Shown here: in pieces, positions 9,170 through 19,005 of the stretch | How the letters are laid out: each line of letters starts with the position of its first letter | Position numbering within the stretch: the stretch's first letter is position 1 | Source: Gammaproteobacteria bacterium | GTDB lineage: Bacteria > Pseudomonadota > Gammaproteobacteria > S012-40 | Length of the DNA stretch: 49,534 nt | Assembly (NCBI GenBank): GCA_029883265.1 | Contig: JAOUJM010000009.1 | Location: forward strand, 1-49,534 | Direction of reading: 5' to 3' | The notes under the pieces: generated by a model | Seen by the model: only the letters and a program-made list of their open reading frames with translations | The model's database searches: none | Told to the model about the DNA's origin: nothing | Translations under genes and position numbers: made by a program

Positions 9170-9577
9170 CTAGCCACTTTGTATTAGGAAAAGTGTAAAT
9201 AGAACAAGGTTAATGGAAAAGAAAATCGAGGCGAGTACAAAAAATAGATCGGTGCTCTCTTTTGTTCTTATGCGATTGCGCTCACTTACATAAAAAGGAA
9301 AGGCAACAATTTGCAACAATAGCATAAAGACGCCCCAGCCCAACGGGGATAAGCTTGTTATCCGCTTTTTTATTCGAACTTTTTTAACACCAATAATCAT
9401 TGCATCAACAAACAAAAAAATTGCAGCGACAATTTGTATCAGGCTGCCACTTGGCGATAGAAAAAACATCACAATTGAAGCAATGCCCATAATCATTATT
9501 TGGGCATCTTGAGATTGAAGGCCAATCTCAACCGGCTTGTCCTCGCCTGTGTCATTCTTATGACAACTAGTGTGCAT
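9170..9577 (-). CDS. hypothetical integral membrane protein
   Basis: 135-aa ORF with ~4 hydrophobic helices. Confidence 0.35.
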   Translation of the reverse strand: MHTSCHKNDTGEDKPVEIGLQSQDAQIMIMGIASIVMFFLSPSGSLIQIVAAIFLFVDAMIIGVKKVRIKKRITSLSPLGWGVFMLLLQIVAFPFYVSERNRIRTKESTDLFFVLASIFFSINLVLFTLFLIQSG

Positions 9578-9681
9578 TGCTCCGTCCTTGTTTAACGATT
9601 ATTTTGTACCAACCGATACTTTTTGGGTTGCTGTTTAACTAACTACACCGTGTCATGAGGCTAATTCTTTAACATGTTGTG

Positions 9682-10320
9682 TCACCCTCCACACCCCCCA
9701 CATCCAAAATCAAAACTTTCATCAATTGACGTGATCATACCATTGTACAATAGAAATACATGGCCAGTGTCTGGCTGAGTACCTGGATCAAGCGAATCGG
9801 CTTGCTTTAAGCTCATAATGTTGCCGTCGGGAATAATCAATATCGTGTCTATTGCAAAAAGCAGTGGCAATTGTGTCGGTTTCCTAGGATCCAGGTTTTC
9901 ATATTCACATGCGTAATACCATGTTCGTTTGTAGGCATCACTAATTTTTTCTGGTTCCATCAACTTAGAAAACGGCGAGTGATGAAGAAATCGCCCGAAA
10001 CTATTCAGACAAAACGTTTCATAATTCTTGGTATGAATAATAAACTCATGCCATAAAGTATCGACAACTTTGGACGGCATCGCGGTAAGTTCTTTGTGCT
10101 CTCTCAAATAGACATAACAATATTGCTTGAAACCTTCAATTACGGTTGAAATTTCTGTTTCACTCAAATGTGGGTATTTTTCTTGTAGAGTTACCAAGAC
10201 TTTTTCGGGTAATTGGTAGCTACTGATATAATCCATGCGGGTATGATTTTTAGAATAAGCCATTGCCCCAAACATAGATGCAATTAAAAATATTATAAAG
10301 AGTGATAACACCGTACCCAT
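9682..10320 (-). CDS. hypothetical membrane-anchored protein with Cys/Gly-rich C-terminus
   Basis: ORF runs to 10446 but likely starts at internal Met before TM helix MGTVLSLFIIFLIASMFGAMAY; C-terminus FGCGGCGG. Confidence 0.35.
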   Translation of the reverse strand: MGTVLSLFIIFLIASMFGAMAYSKNHTRMDYISSYQLPEKVLVTLQEKYPHLSETEISTVIEGFKQYCYVYLREHKELTAMPSKVVDTLWHEFIIHTKNYETFCLNSFGRFLHHSPFSKLMEPEKISDAYKRTWYYACEYENLDPRKPTQLPLLFAIDTILIIPDGNIMSLKQADSLDPGTQPDTGHVFLLYNGMITSIDESFDFGCGGCGG

Positions 10321-10549
10321 TAGCCATCCTCCGATTGTTTGTTGATAGTCAATCAGTAGGCTGTCGCTGATATATGTATCCCGACACCCTGTGTACCTTG
10401 TATTATTGGACGCTACATCGCCCTCGACTAGCCCACCTTGTCTCATCTTGCGTTTTCATTGATTCGATATTGTGTTTCAGCGCCTCAGTAAATGCGCATT
10501 TTGTATGGCAACGATCTATACTTGATAATACTGAGCGAAAGGATCCAGC

Positions 10550-12217
10550 ATGGTCGATATGTTTATCATTGCTTTTGAAAGACTCGCGATCATTATCTGT
10601 GTAGTATTTCTTATTACTCGCATTGGTTGGTTTCAAGCCCTGATACAGGGACGATCAAAGCATCACTTGCATGTTCTTTATGCAGCCTGCCTTTTTGGTA
10701 CATTTGCAATATTTAGCACATATAGTGGAATCAGTTACGATAGTGAAAGTCAAACCTATCAATACTGGCAAACAAACCTAGGCGAAAATGAAGCAATCAT
10801 CAACTCACGTACAGTGGCCGTGGCTGCAGCTGGGTTTCTCGCTGGTGTACCTGTTGGGGTCGGCGCGGGAGTTATTGCTGCAATCCATCGATATAATCTT
10901 GATGGATTTACTGCTCTAGCCTGCTCCATTGCAACCGTCATTTCCGGTCTGATTGCCGGACTTTTCCACCGTTTTCGTGGTTCGAATGCTACCCGAAATA
11001 TCACTATTGGATTGTTACTAGGCTTCGTTTTGGAGGCTATGCAAATGGGTATTATTTTACTTGTAGCCAGTCCATTTAAGAATGCACTTGAGCTGGTTCA
11101 AGCAATTGCTTTTCCCATGATTATTAGCAATGCCATAGGGTGTGCAATTTTTATGTGGGTGTTCGAATTGGTTTATCGAGATCGATTTCTTCGTGATATG
11201 GCACAAACACAAAAGGCACTTAAGTTCGTGGGTGCAAGCCTACAACAGGACTCCATTCTGGAGGATCAGAACACACGCTTGAAAGTCGCTGAAACGATAA
11301 GACAAAACATCGGCGCTGATGAAGTTGATATTCGTATTGCGAATCATTCTGATGCCTCGATCACACCGACAGTTCGAAATGGAGCACACAGAATTTCAAC
11401 AAAAATTACCTGCTGTAGTGAACCCGTGGCCAATCTTGATGTGTATTTCAAAAATTCGTCATCGATAAATTCAGTGACCCAACTATTGATCGATAACATT
11501 GCACAAGTATTAAGTCAATATCTTGATATCCAAGAATCGCAGAAACAACAACACCTCGCTAAGTCCGCAGAAGTCAATGCACTCCATGCACAACTCTATC
11601 CTCACTTTTTAGGTAATGCATTTGTGACAATTATCAATACCCTGCGCAAGGATACTGAAGAGGCAAGAAAGCTATTGGAGAATCTCGCACATTTTTACAA
11701 TGAAAACCTCAATGCGACAGTACATAGGCGATATATTAAGCTTGACGAAGAACTCAACCATATTCAATCCTATTTAGCCATTCAGCAGGCACGATTTGGA
11801 AGTCGTTTAAAAATTCACTATCAAATCGATACCGGTACACAACACCACTTGATCCCACCCATTACTCTATTGCCTCTCGTTGAAAATGCAATTCGACATA
11901 ATACGAGCAGTTGCAAGCGTCTCGAAATAGAAATTCATAGACAAGAATGTGGTGTTTTTATTAGCATCCATGACAATGGGACGCCCATAAACGCCGTTAT
12001 CAAAAGGAACTTGGGGTTGGCACATATACAATCTCAAACGGATAGCGGGCATGGCATTGGTGTCTATACCGTTAATCAACGGTTAGTTTCTTTGTTTGGT
12101 ATTGAATCAAAACTGCAATACTCATCCACACCAAACGGAAATCGTGTTTCATTTATTTTACCTGCGATCTCGATAGAGGAAGACTATGATGCAACCAATC
12201 AAAGTGCTCATTGTTGA
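10550..12217 (+). CDS. LytS/YehU-family sensor histidine kinase (5TM-LytS + His_kinase + HATPase)
   Basis: N-terminal 5TM receptor region; LytS-type HK block LHAQLYPHFLGNAFVTIINTLRKDTEEARKLLENLAHFYN; C-terminal ATPase region. Confidence 0.7.
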   Translation: MVDMFIIAFERLAIIICVVFLITRIGWFQALIQGRSKHHLHVLYAACLFGTFAIFSTYSGISYDSESQTYQYWQTNLGENEAIINSRTVAVAAAGFLAGVPVGVGAGVIAAIHRYNLDGFTALACSIATVISGLIAGLFHRFRGSNATRNITIGLLLGFVLEAMQMGIILLVASPFKNALELVQAIAFPMIISNAIGCAIFMWVFELVYRDRFLRDMAQTQKALKFVGASLQQDSILEDQNTRLKVAETIRQNIGADEVDIRIANHSDASITPTVRNGAHRISTKITCCSEPVANLDVYFKNSSSINSVTQLLIDNIAQVLSQYLDIQESQKQQHLAKSAEVNALHAQLYPHFLGNAFVTIINTLRKDTEEARKLLENLAHFYNENLNATVHRRYIKLDEELNHIQSYLAIQQARFGSRLKIHYQIDTGTQHHLIPPITLLPLVENAIRHNTSSCKRLEIEIHRQECGVFISIHDNGTPINAVIKRNLGLAHIQSQTDSGHGIGVYTVNQRLVSLFGIESKLQYSSTPNGNRVSFILPAISIEEDYDATNQSAHC

Positions 12218-12899
12218 TGATGAACAGGCGTGCCGCGAGGATTTGCGATACCGTCTCAGTCCCTATGATGCGATTCAAATTGTAGCTGAGTCTGAAACGG
12301 CTGAACAAGCCATTACCCATTTATCCGAACAACAAATTGATGTCGCATTTCTAGACATTGAAATGCATGGCATTGATGGGATCACACTAGCTGAAATAAT
12401 TACAAAAGAGTATCCATCCACAAATATCGTTTTCGTCACAGCTTATCCGCAATATAGCTTAAAGAGTCACGACTACCACCCCATACATTATTTAACAAAA
12501 CCAATTAGTGATAAAAAATTAATGCAAGCGATTATACGACTGCAAAGAACAATCGATCACCTAATATCTAACGCTGGCAAATTAGTCATTCATTTTGCTG
12601 GCATAATGAACAGTCTTTATATCGTAGATATTGCAGCGATCTACAGAAAAAATCGTCAGTCACACATTCTGAAAACGGACGGAACTGAATTGGTGAGCAA
12701 TGCGTCGCTACAATATTTTCTTGAGCAATTAAAAGCCTATCCATTTCAGCGTATTCACAACAGTGTTATTGCCAACCTCAGTCAAGAATTCAGTATCAGC
12801 GCGTGTGGAGATGGGACATTTTCATTCCAATTCCCTAGACTGAATCAATCCTTCCCAATCAGCGCAAATGAGGCAAAGATACTTAGACGGCAACAATAG
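12186..12899 (+). CDS. LytTR-family response regulator (REC + LytTR DNA-binding)
   Basis: REC motif VLIVDDEQ...FLDIEMHGIDG; C-terminal LytTR-like domain; overlaps kinase stop (operon). Confidence 0.7.
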   Translation: MMQPIKVLIVDDEQACREDLRYRLSPYDAIQIVAESETAEQAITHLSEQQIDVAFLDIEMHGIDGITLAEIITKEYPSTNIVFVTAYPQYSLKSHDYHPIHYLTKPISDKKLMQAIIRLQRTIDHLISNAGKLVIHFAGIMNSLYIVDIAAIYRKNRQSHILKTDGTELVSNASLQYFLEQLKAYPFQRIHNSVIANLSQEFSISACGDGTFSFQFPRLNQSFPISANEAKILRRQQ

Positions 12900-12926
12900 A
12901 ATATGAAGAAAGCACTGCTAAATACG

Positions 12927-12953
12927 AGGGTTGGCCGGGATTAAAACGAGATG
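12927..12953. repeat. truncated copy of the MITE left end
   Basis: agggttggccgggattaaaacgagatg identical to first 27 bp of copies at 49 and 22489, then diverges. Confidence 0.6.
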
Positions 12954-13002
12954 TTTTAGAACTCGTGTTAGATCTTGGCCATGCAACAATACATCGTCCG
13001 TA

Positions 13003-13302
13003 TCAAGTGCCAGAAGCGTCACCGTCGTCATCAAAATAAAAATATTGCTTAATGTTTACCGCGACACTGCGGTTTTGGTGAATTTCAATCTCGGTAGCGC
13101 CAGTGGCATCGCGAATCAGAATTTGTAGCTCAGGATGGCGAATAAAATACTCAACTTTGATTTCATACACACCTGGATTGAGTACGCCCGTATTGCCTTT
13201 GACCTGTTGCTTGGTGCGATCGACCTGTAAAGACAATTGCGGTCCCTCATCAATGCGCAGAAACGCCTGCAACTCCGAGTCACCGCGCAAGTAAGCGTTC
13301 AA
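13003..13302 (-). CDS. hypothetical protein (uncertain; overlaps 5' region of hydrolase ORF)
   Basis: 99-aa ORF, mutually exclusive with upstream extension of 13237 ORF. Confidence 0.2.
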   Translation of the reverse strand: MNAYLRGDSELQAFLRIDEGPQLSLQVDRTKQQVKGNTGVLNPGVYEIKVEYFIRHPELQILIRDATGATEIEIHQNRSVAVNIKQYFYFDDDGDASGT

Positions 13303-14226
13303 AACTCTGCCCCAGGAAAAACGAATCCGGACGGTTCTGATATGGTCGCGGGTATCGACGGAGCAGGTTTGCCTAAGTCGAACAAAACAGTTACCGAAAA
13401 TTCCGACTTTGCTATAGAAGGCGCAGATTTAATGGCAAGTTGGATCGGTAAACCGCCTCAAGAGGGAACGTTTGATGGTTCGTACATGGTGGATGACGCG
13501 GGGAGTAGAATAGACGACAACGTATTATCGGCAGCTGAATTAGAGTCGTACCTAAGCAAAAAAGATGTCAAAATGGGGGCAAAACATAACCCGAATGTTG
13601 CGGTTATCCAATATCAGCTTGGAATGAGGGGTGATGATGTTGATGGTAGTTACGGGCCTAAGACTCACAAAGCGATTGCGCAATATCGAGTGGATCAACG
13701 AGTTCAAAATTTTACTGATGATAGAGGACAAATAGATTATGGAAAATTGTTAGCAGACAAGGATTTTCGAGTTTATACGTCGACAATTGCTGGTGAAGCG
13801 ATTGGTCAAGGTGTCGAGGCTCAAAAGATGATTGCAAATATCATTAATAATCGAGTTTTTAATTCTAGGGATGGTTGGAAAGGTGCGCAAACACCGATAG
13901 AAGTTTTAAGAAAAGGTGGGTTCGATGCTTTAGACTACAAGACAGGTCAATACAAACAGGCAATGGGCTATTTTGAAAGCGATGTTTCTTCAAATAAAAG
14001 AACGCTGGATAATATGGTCAAGGCGATAGCGCCAATCTATCTGGGTAAGGGGCAAGACAGTACCGATGGTTCAGTGCTTTATTTTAGCCCAAACACGCAG
14101 CTTGAACTTTATTTTGAGGGGGAGATCAGTAGGCCAGTGCCAGATGGGAAATGGAACGCAATTGAAGAAGTTTATGTTCCTGGTGTAACAAGGACTGAAG
14201 ATTTCATGATTTTTAAATACAAATAG
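13237..14226 (+). CDS. peptidoglycan-binding domain + SleB-like cell-wall hydrolase (endolysin-like)
   Basis: PG_binding_1 motif AVIQYQLGMRGDDVDGSYGPKTHKAIAQYR; Hydrolase_2/SleB-like block GEAIGQGVEAQKMIANIINNRVFNSRDGWKGAQTPIEVLRKGGFDAL; true start probably an internal Met (13342 or 13435). Confidence 0.55.
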   Translation: MRSLINAQKRLQLRVTAQVSVQNSAPGKTNPDGSDMVAGIDGAGLPKSNKTVTENSDFAIEGADLMASWIGKPPQEGTFDGSYMVDDAGSRIDDNVLSAAELESYLSKKDVKMGAKHNPNVAVIQYQLGMRGDDVDGSYGPKTHKAIAQYRVDQRVQNFTDDRGQIDYGKLLADKDFRVYTSTIAGEAIGQGVEAQKMIANIINNRVFNSRDGWKGAQTPIEVLRKGGFDALDYKTGQYKQAMGYFESDVSSNKRTLDNMVKAIAPIYLGKGQDSTDGSVLYFSPNTQLELYFEGEISRPVPDGKWNAIEEVYVPGVTRTEDFMIFKYK

Positions 14227-14234
14227 GTTCCGAG

Positions 14235-14855
14235 ATGAGGGGCATTTTACACATCATTATGTTGCTATTTACTAAACTAGCTTTTTTTAGTTTTCTTGTG
14301 TTAACGCCGATTGTTGCAGGCGCTTCTTTCACTGAAGGTAAATTGGAGTCGCCTAATGGCACTTATTTTATTACATGGAAATGTGAAAATGAGTTTAGAG
14401 CGTCCTGTAAAATTTTGATGCATAATAAGGTTGGTGACAAAATAGTAATCAAGAAAAAAGGGAAATTGCCTATCTCTATGCAGTGGCTAACTGATTCCTT
14501 ACTGCGTTTCGTTTTTTCATGTGGCTCGCCATGTAATAGTTGGGTTTTCTATACTTTTGTCGATAAAAAGTCTCCACCCTATGGGAACCCTCAGGCTATT
14601 GAAGTCGACAAATATTTAGTAGCTGAACCTAGTTGGTTTGAATCAAAAAACGGTGATACGTTTGCAGTGCTAGAAATATATGAAATATTTTCCCGCAAAC
14701 TAGTCAAACGCATTTTCTTAGATAACTTCTCGGAGGTTGCTGCTGTCTCACTTGGTATAGAAGAGGCAAAATTTGTGGACGGTGATAAGGTTTACATTCG
14801 ATACCTAAAAGGTAAAAACCAGACCTCCGCTGAGATGACGGTTCAATTTCAGTGA
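14235..14855 (+). CDS. hypothetical exported protein
   Basis: Signal peptide-like N-terminus LLFTKLAFFSFLVLTPIVAGASF; 4-6 Cys. Confidence 0.35.
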   Translation: MRGILHIIMLLFTKLAFFSFLVLTPIVAGASFTEGKLESPNGTYFITWKCENEFRASCKILMHNKVGDKIVIKKKGKLPISMQWLTDSLLRFVFSCGSPCNSWVFYTFVDKKSPPYGNPQAIEVDKYLVAEPSWFESKNGDTFAVLEIYEIFSRKLVKRIFLDNFSEVAAVSLGIEEAKFVDGDKVYIRYLKGKNQTSAEMTVQFQ

Positions 14856-14893
14856 ATCAATGTTTTTGGATGATTAACTGTCCGCAAACGTTG

Positions 14894-16339
14894 CTAATTA
14901 CTTAACAAGATACTGGAAATGTCCTCATCGCTTTGACACTCTGGCAACCGCCCAAACACCTCCACCAAATACTCATAAGGATTCACTCCCAAACTTTTAC
15001 ACGACGCCAACAACGAATAATAAATCGCAGCCGCACGACCACCCCGATCCGAGCCGATAAATAAAAAGCTTTTTCTTCCAACGGCGATGGGTCGGATGTG
15101 TTGTTCAGCCAGGTTGTTGTCGATGGTGAGATGTCCGGCATCGAGATACCGAATCAGACCATGCCACTGATTGAGCAAATAAGTAAAGGCTTTACCTAAA
15201 CTGGTCTTGGGTGGAATGTTTGGTGCGTGTTGTCGTCGATAGGCTTTGCGTTTCTTGTTGCTAAAATGTTTGCAGGCTTTTTCGATGGCATAGAGTAGTT
15301 GAATATCATCAAGCAGATGTTTTGCTTTACCTGCTTGCTTAGTGAGTTGTGATGCTTCAAAAAACTTTCGGCGCACATGGGCCCAACAAGCCACATAATG
15401 TATATTATCGGATTCATGCAGTGATCGATACCCAGTATAGCCATCGGCATGCTTATAGCCGTGGTAATCAGATAACCAGTCCTTCGGCCATTTGGATGAT
15501 CGATTATTGGTATAATCAAAAACAACCAAAGGCGGATCTTTGAGTGGACCACCGATGTACACCCAGAGCCGCGCTTGCATGATTTTGTTTCGCTTGGAGT
15601 CATTATTTTGTTTGGGCAGAATGGTGTCATCGGTCCAAATTCTTGGGCCGGATAACACTTGCTTTTTCATTAACTCATAAATTGGTTCCAGTTGATCGGC
15701 TGCTTTCAGTAAGAGCGTACTCATGGTTGAACGCGGTAAATGCACGCCTTGACGCGCTAGTTGTTGTTGAATGCGATACAAAGGTAAACCATCGCCAAAC
15801 TTACTCACAATGAGATGCGCGAGTAAACTCGGTGTGGCAAAGCTTTTAGGTAATATAAAGCTGGGTAATGCCGGTCGTTTAATGGTGTCTTCACAGGATT
15901 TGCACGCATATTTTAATCGAGCGTATTCGACGACTTGGACTTTCGCTGGGATAAATTCAATCTTTCGAGTTATGTCTTCACCGATTTTGGTCAACGGAGT
16001 GTTACAGCAATCGCAGGTCTTATCGTGTTCATCCAGATCAATCTCAACTCTACGTTTGGGTAGATCCTTAGAAAACGTCAGTCGTTGTCGTTTCTTGTGA
16101 TGATGCGCAAGTACGACAATGTTATTGTTGTGGTGTGTTGAATGAGTCGTTTCCGGCTTTGGCGAACCCACGTCAAATAACGATAACTGATCATCCGTCA
16201 TCTGTTCGGACTTCGCAGCAAACTGTCGATGCAACAACAAACGATTTTTCTCTCGAAGCAGGTTCACTTCTTTTTGAAGTTCAACCACAAGTGCTTCGAG
16301 TTCAGAATAAGAATAGCGTGTTTGTGTACTTGCCTGCAT
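14894..16339 (-). CDS. IS66-family transposase (orf3)
   Basis: Zn-finger CDCC...CKSC, GDGLPLYRIQQQLARQGVHLPRSTMSTLL and DDE region typical of IS66 TnpC. Confidence 0.85.
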   Translation of the reverse strand: MQASTQTRYSYSELEALVVELQKEVNLLREKNRLLLHRQFAAKSEQMTDDQLSLFDVGSPKPETTHSTHHNNNIVVLAHHHKKRQRLTFSKDLPKRRVEIDLDEHDKTCDCCNTPLTKIGEDITRKIEFIPAKVQVVEYARLKYACKSCEDTIKRPALPSFILPKSFATPSLLAHLIVSKFGDGLPLYRIQQQLARQGVHLPRSTMSTLLLKAADQLEPIYELMKKQVLSGPRIWTDDTILPKQNNDSKRNKIMQARLWVYIGGPLKDPPLVVFDYTNNRSSKWPKDWLSDYHGYKHADGYTGYRSLHESDNIHYVACWAHVRRKFFEASQLTKQAGKAKHLLDDIQLLYAIEKACKHFSNKKRKAYRRQHAPNIPPKTSLGKAFTYLLNQWHGLIRYLDAGHLTIDNNLAEQHIRPIAVGRKSFLFIGSDRGGRAAAIYYSLLASCKSLGVNPYEYLVEVFGRLPECQSDEDISSILLSN

Positions 16340-16369
16340 GGCGCTATTGTAATGCAGGTTAGTCCAGAA

Positions 16370-16726
16370 TCAAGTCACGGATGTGTAATGCAGTGCGGGT
16401 AATCGTTTTAGCTTCGTAAAATCAATACCGTCAAATAGCAAATCCAACTCTTGACGGGTGATCGAAAGGTGGGTGCAATCGTCCAACTCAGGAAACTTAA
16501 AACGACCACGCTCGAGTCTTTTGTAGTAAATGGTAAAGCCATTGCGATCCCAGATCAGTAATTTAATCTTGTCGGCGGCTCTATTGCGAAACACAAACAA
16601 ATGCCCCGATAATGGGTTTTGCTCGATCACATCCACCACTAACGATGCCAAACCATCAAAGCTTTTTAGCATATTGATGGGATGAACCGCGAAATAGATT
16701 TTAACTTCTCGATCTAGTTTGAGCAT
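16370..16726 (-). CDS. IS66 Orf2 (TnpB-like accessory protein)
   Basis: MLKLDREVKIYFAVHPINMLKSFDGLASLV...LLIWDRNGF matches IS66 orf2 family. Confidence 0.85.
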   Translation of the reverse strand: MLKLDREVKIYFAVHPINMLKSFDGLASLVVDVIEQNPLSGHLFVFRNRAADKIKLLIWDRNGFTIYYKRLERGRFKFPELDDCTHLSITRQELDLLFDGIDFTKLKRLPALHYTSVT

Positions 16727-17076
16727 GAAGCACGCATCAAGGTCTCAATCCAACGTAAACCCTCTGCGGGTGAGCACGACACTGGCAAGGAAATTACACA
16801 ACCGTTAGGAAGATCAATCCGAATCATCTCGTTGGATGAGGCTGGAGACACCGGCACCGTCTCCAACTTAGCCGGAACAAACAAAGCCGAGGTCTTGGCC
16901 AGTTTCTTCTCCCACTTAAAAAACGTCGCCGCTGAAAGTCCGTGATGCTTGCAATAACCGGTTTTAGTCAAACCACTTTGCTTTAACGCATCCATATGCG
17001 CCTGCCAATACTCAGGGCCTTTGCTTCGTTTATGGGTGCGAATGTTTTTGATGGATGAATGAGTGAGATCGCTCAT
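16714..17076 (-). CDS. IS66 Orf1 (TnpA-like HTH accessory protein)
   Basis: YWQAHMDALKQSGLTKTGYCKHHGLSAATFFKWEKKL matches IS66 orf1. Confidence 0.8.
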   Translation of the reverse strand: MSDLTHSSIKNIRTHKRSKGPEYWQAHMDALKQSGLTKTGYCKHHGLSAATFFKWEKKLAKTSALFVPAKLETVPVSPASSNEMIRIDLPNGCVISLPVSCSPAEGLRWIETLMRASCSN

Positions 17077-17301
17077 GGCTTGCTCCTGCCGGTAATTTAC
17101 ACAGAAACAGGCTAACGGAACTTAAGCGAACTGGGAAGGTGCGGAGTTTGGGACGCTTAATAATACTTTTGTTCGATGTATTATTCCTAGTCAATGAGTT
17201 AAATTAGGCGATGTAGAGCGTTGTTACCAACCCCTTATGCAATCAAGTATGCATTGGATTTAATCACAACAGCGACGCAAAAATACTAAGTAAGCAAATA
17301 T

Positions 17302-18444
17302 ATGGATAGTAGAAACTTAGATCACCATCTCATTGATAAAATTTATGCCGCAGGTGTTGGTGAAATACCATGGCAGGATGTGGTAACCGTTATCAATGAA
17401 TCATTTTGTTCCACCGCAGGTGGTTTTTTTATGCAAGATGATGAGGATAACGGATCTGGAGATATTCTAATGACGGGTTTTCCAGATGATTGTATGGATG
17501 TATACCATAGCCACTACAATACTGTGAATCCTTGGTTCTCAATTCCTGGAATGATGGATCCTAATTGTATTCGAACAGACTGTGATATTGACTTATATCA
17601 TAAAATATCTGGGCACTTCAATAATACAGAATTTTATAATGATTGGATGAAGCCTTATGAGCTAGGTCATTCAATCGGTGGCAGCCTAACCACTCGAGGC
17701 TCATTGCATTTAAATTTCACAATGTTTCGCACTCTGAAAGTTGGTCGCTATAGAAAAGAGGATATAGTGCGTCTTCAATACCTAGTAACACATTTACGCC
17801 GTGCCCTTGAAATCACATCTCTTAGAGAATCGTCCAACAACCAAGATGCAATCTATCTCTCTGGGTTAGACAAAATTGGCATTGGGTTGGTGTTGCTCAA
17901 CTCTCAAAGGAAGATCATCGAAAAAAATAGCACTGCATCAATAATTTTGAAAGCAAATGACGGCCTAAATATTAAAAATCAATTCATCACAATAAACCAC
18001 AATAGAACACAGAAAATTGTTGATAACTTGTTTGCCGATATTGTGATAAACCGTATCAGCCCATCTAGATCAATTAGTGATTGGGTCTATGTGCCACGAA
18101 TTAGCGACCAAGCAGCATATCAGTTGATGATAATAAAAAGTAGTAACCCATTATCTGTGTTTGGTGAAGGATTCGTCACGTATGCATTGTTAATAATAGA
18201 TCCTTCTACTCGTCGTCCACTTCCAAGAAAAGCTATTCAAGATCGCTATGGCTTTTCGGAACGAGAAACGGATGTTGCTCAGTTACTTCTGCAAGGTATG
18301 ACAGCTAGGGAAATTGATCGCGAGCTAGGCCTCCGTTATGAAACTGTTCGGACGTATATCAAACAAGTTTGTCACAAAGCAGACGTCGGTACCCGTACAC
18401 AATTCATTGCACGCGTGTTTTCCGAATTGTCACTGATAAGATAA
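17302..18444 (+). CDS. LuxR-family transcriptional regulator
   Basis: C-terminal LuxR-type HTH ERETDVAQLLLQGMTAREIDRELGLRYETVRTYIKQVCHKADVGTRTQFI; N-terminal ~300 aa unrecognised. Confidence 0.65.
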   Translation: MDSRNLDHHLIDKIYAAGVGEIPWQDVVTVINESFCSTAGGFFMQDDEDNGSGDILMTGFPDDCMDVYHSHYNTVNPWFSIPGMMDPNCIRTDCDIDLYHKISGHFNNTEFYNDWMKPYELGHSIGGSLTTRGSLHLNFTMFRTLKVGRYRKEDIVRLQYLVTHLRRALEITSLRESSNNQDAIYLSGLDKIGIGLVLLNSQRKIIEKNSTASIILKANDGLNIKNQFITINHNRTQKIVDNLFADIVINRISPSRSISDWVYVPRISDQAAYQLMIIKSSNPLSVFGEGFVTYALLIIDPSTRRPLPRKAIQDRYGFSERETDVAQLLLQGMTAREIDRELGLRYETVRTYIKQVCHKADVGTRTQFIARVFSELSLIR

Positions 18445-18523
18445 ATTCGTAAATATATTGTATCCCTCGACTTTTTTTCTCAAGGATCCATCTACGAATA
18501 CCAACGAATGTTAATAATTATCA

Positions 18524-18555
18524 GCAACTCCCCCCAATTGGGGGGAGTTGCTGTC
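18524..18555. terminator. perfect 14-bp-stem palindrome (CAGCAACTCCCCCC-AATT-GGGGGGAGTTGCTG), likely bidirectional terminator
   Basis: Seen directly; followed by T-rich tctgtagatttt. Confidence 0.5.
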
Positions 18556-19005
18556 TGTAGATTTTGTTATGGTTTTCTAATATTTTTTCAAGTTCTGGAA
18601 GTGAGATGCTTGGAATTTTTTCAAATGGATGATGGGGTTTAATGGGTCGCTTACCCTATACGGTCGAATTTGACATAAACACGTAGTTAACTACCTGTTT
18701 CAACATCATAGAACATCTATTATGTTTTATTGTCCAGGTATGGTAGAGAACCCGTTATATGTCCGTATTTGGCGCGGACTTGTTGTCCGTGTAATCACTG
18801 CTAAATGTAGAAGGAAATGAGCGAAGAGAAATACAAAAAATAGTACTCTGTCTTAAGGAAGGCACAGAGACTCCTATGTTGAAACACCTTGGGCTGTCTC
18901 GATTTAGGTGGAGGACGCTGTCATAGTATTGGCTTCATCGGAGGTTTAACCGAATTCTACTAACCAGATTCAAAACTATAATACTTACGTCAAAGGGAGG
19001 CGTTA

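Larger units (their letters stand above)
14865..17170 (-). mobile_element. IS66-family insertion sequence (orf1-orf2-transposase), ends approximate
   Basis: Three co-oriented overlapping genes typical of IS66; weakly matching inverted ends gtaatttacacag (17096) / ctaattac (14886); exact IRs not resolved. Confidence 0.7.

Noticed and set aside
14865-17170. Exact IS66 terminal inverted repeats and target duplication
   Set aside because: Only a weak match (gtaatttacacag vs gtaattagcaacg) could be found by eye, so boundaries are given as approximate rather than asserted
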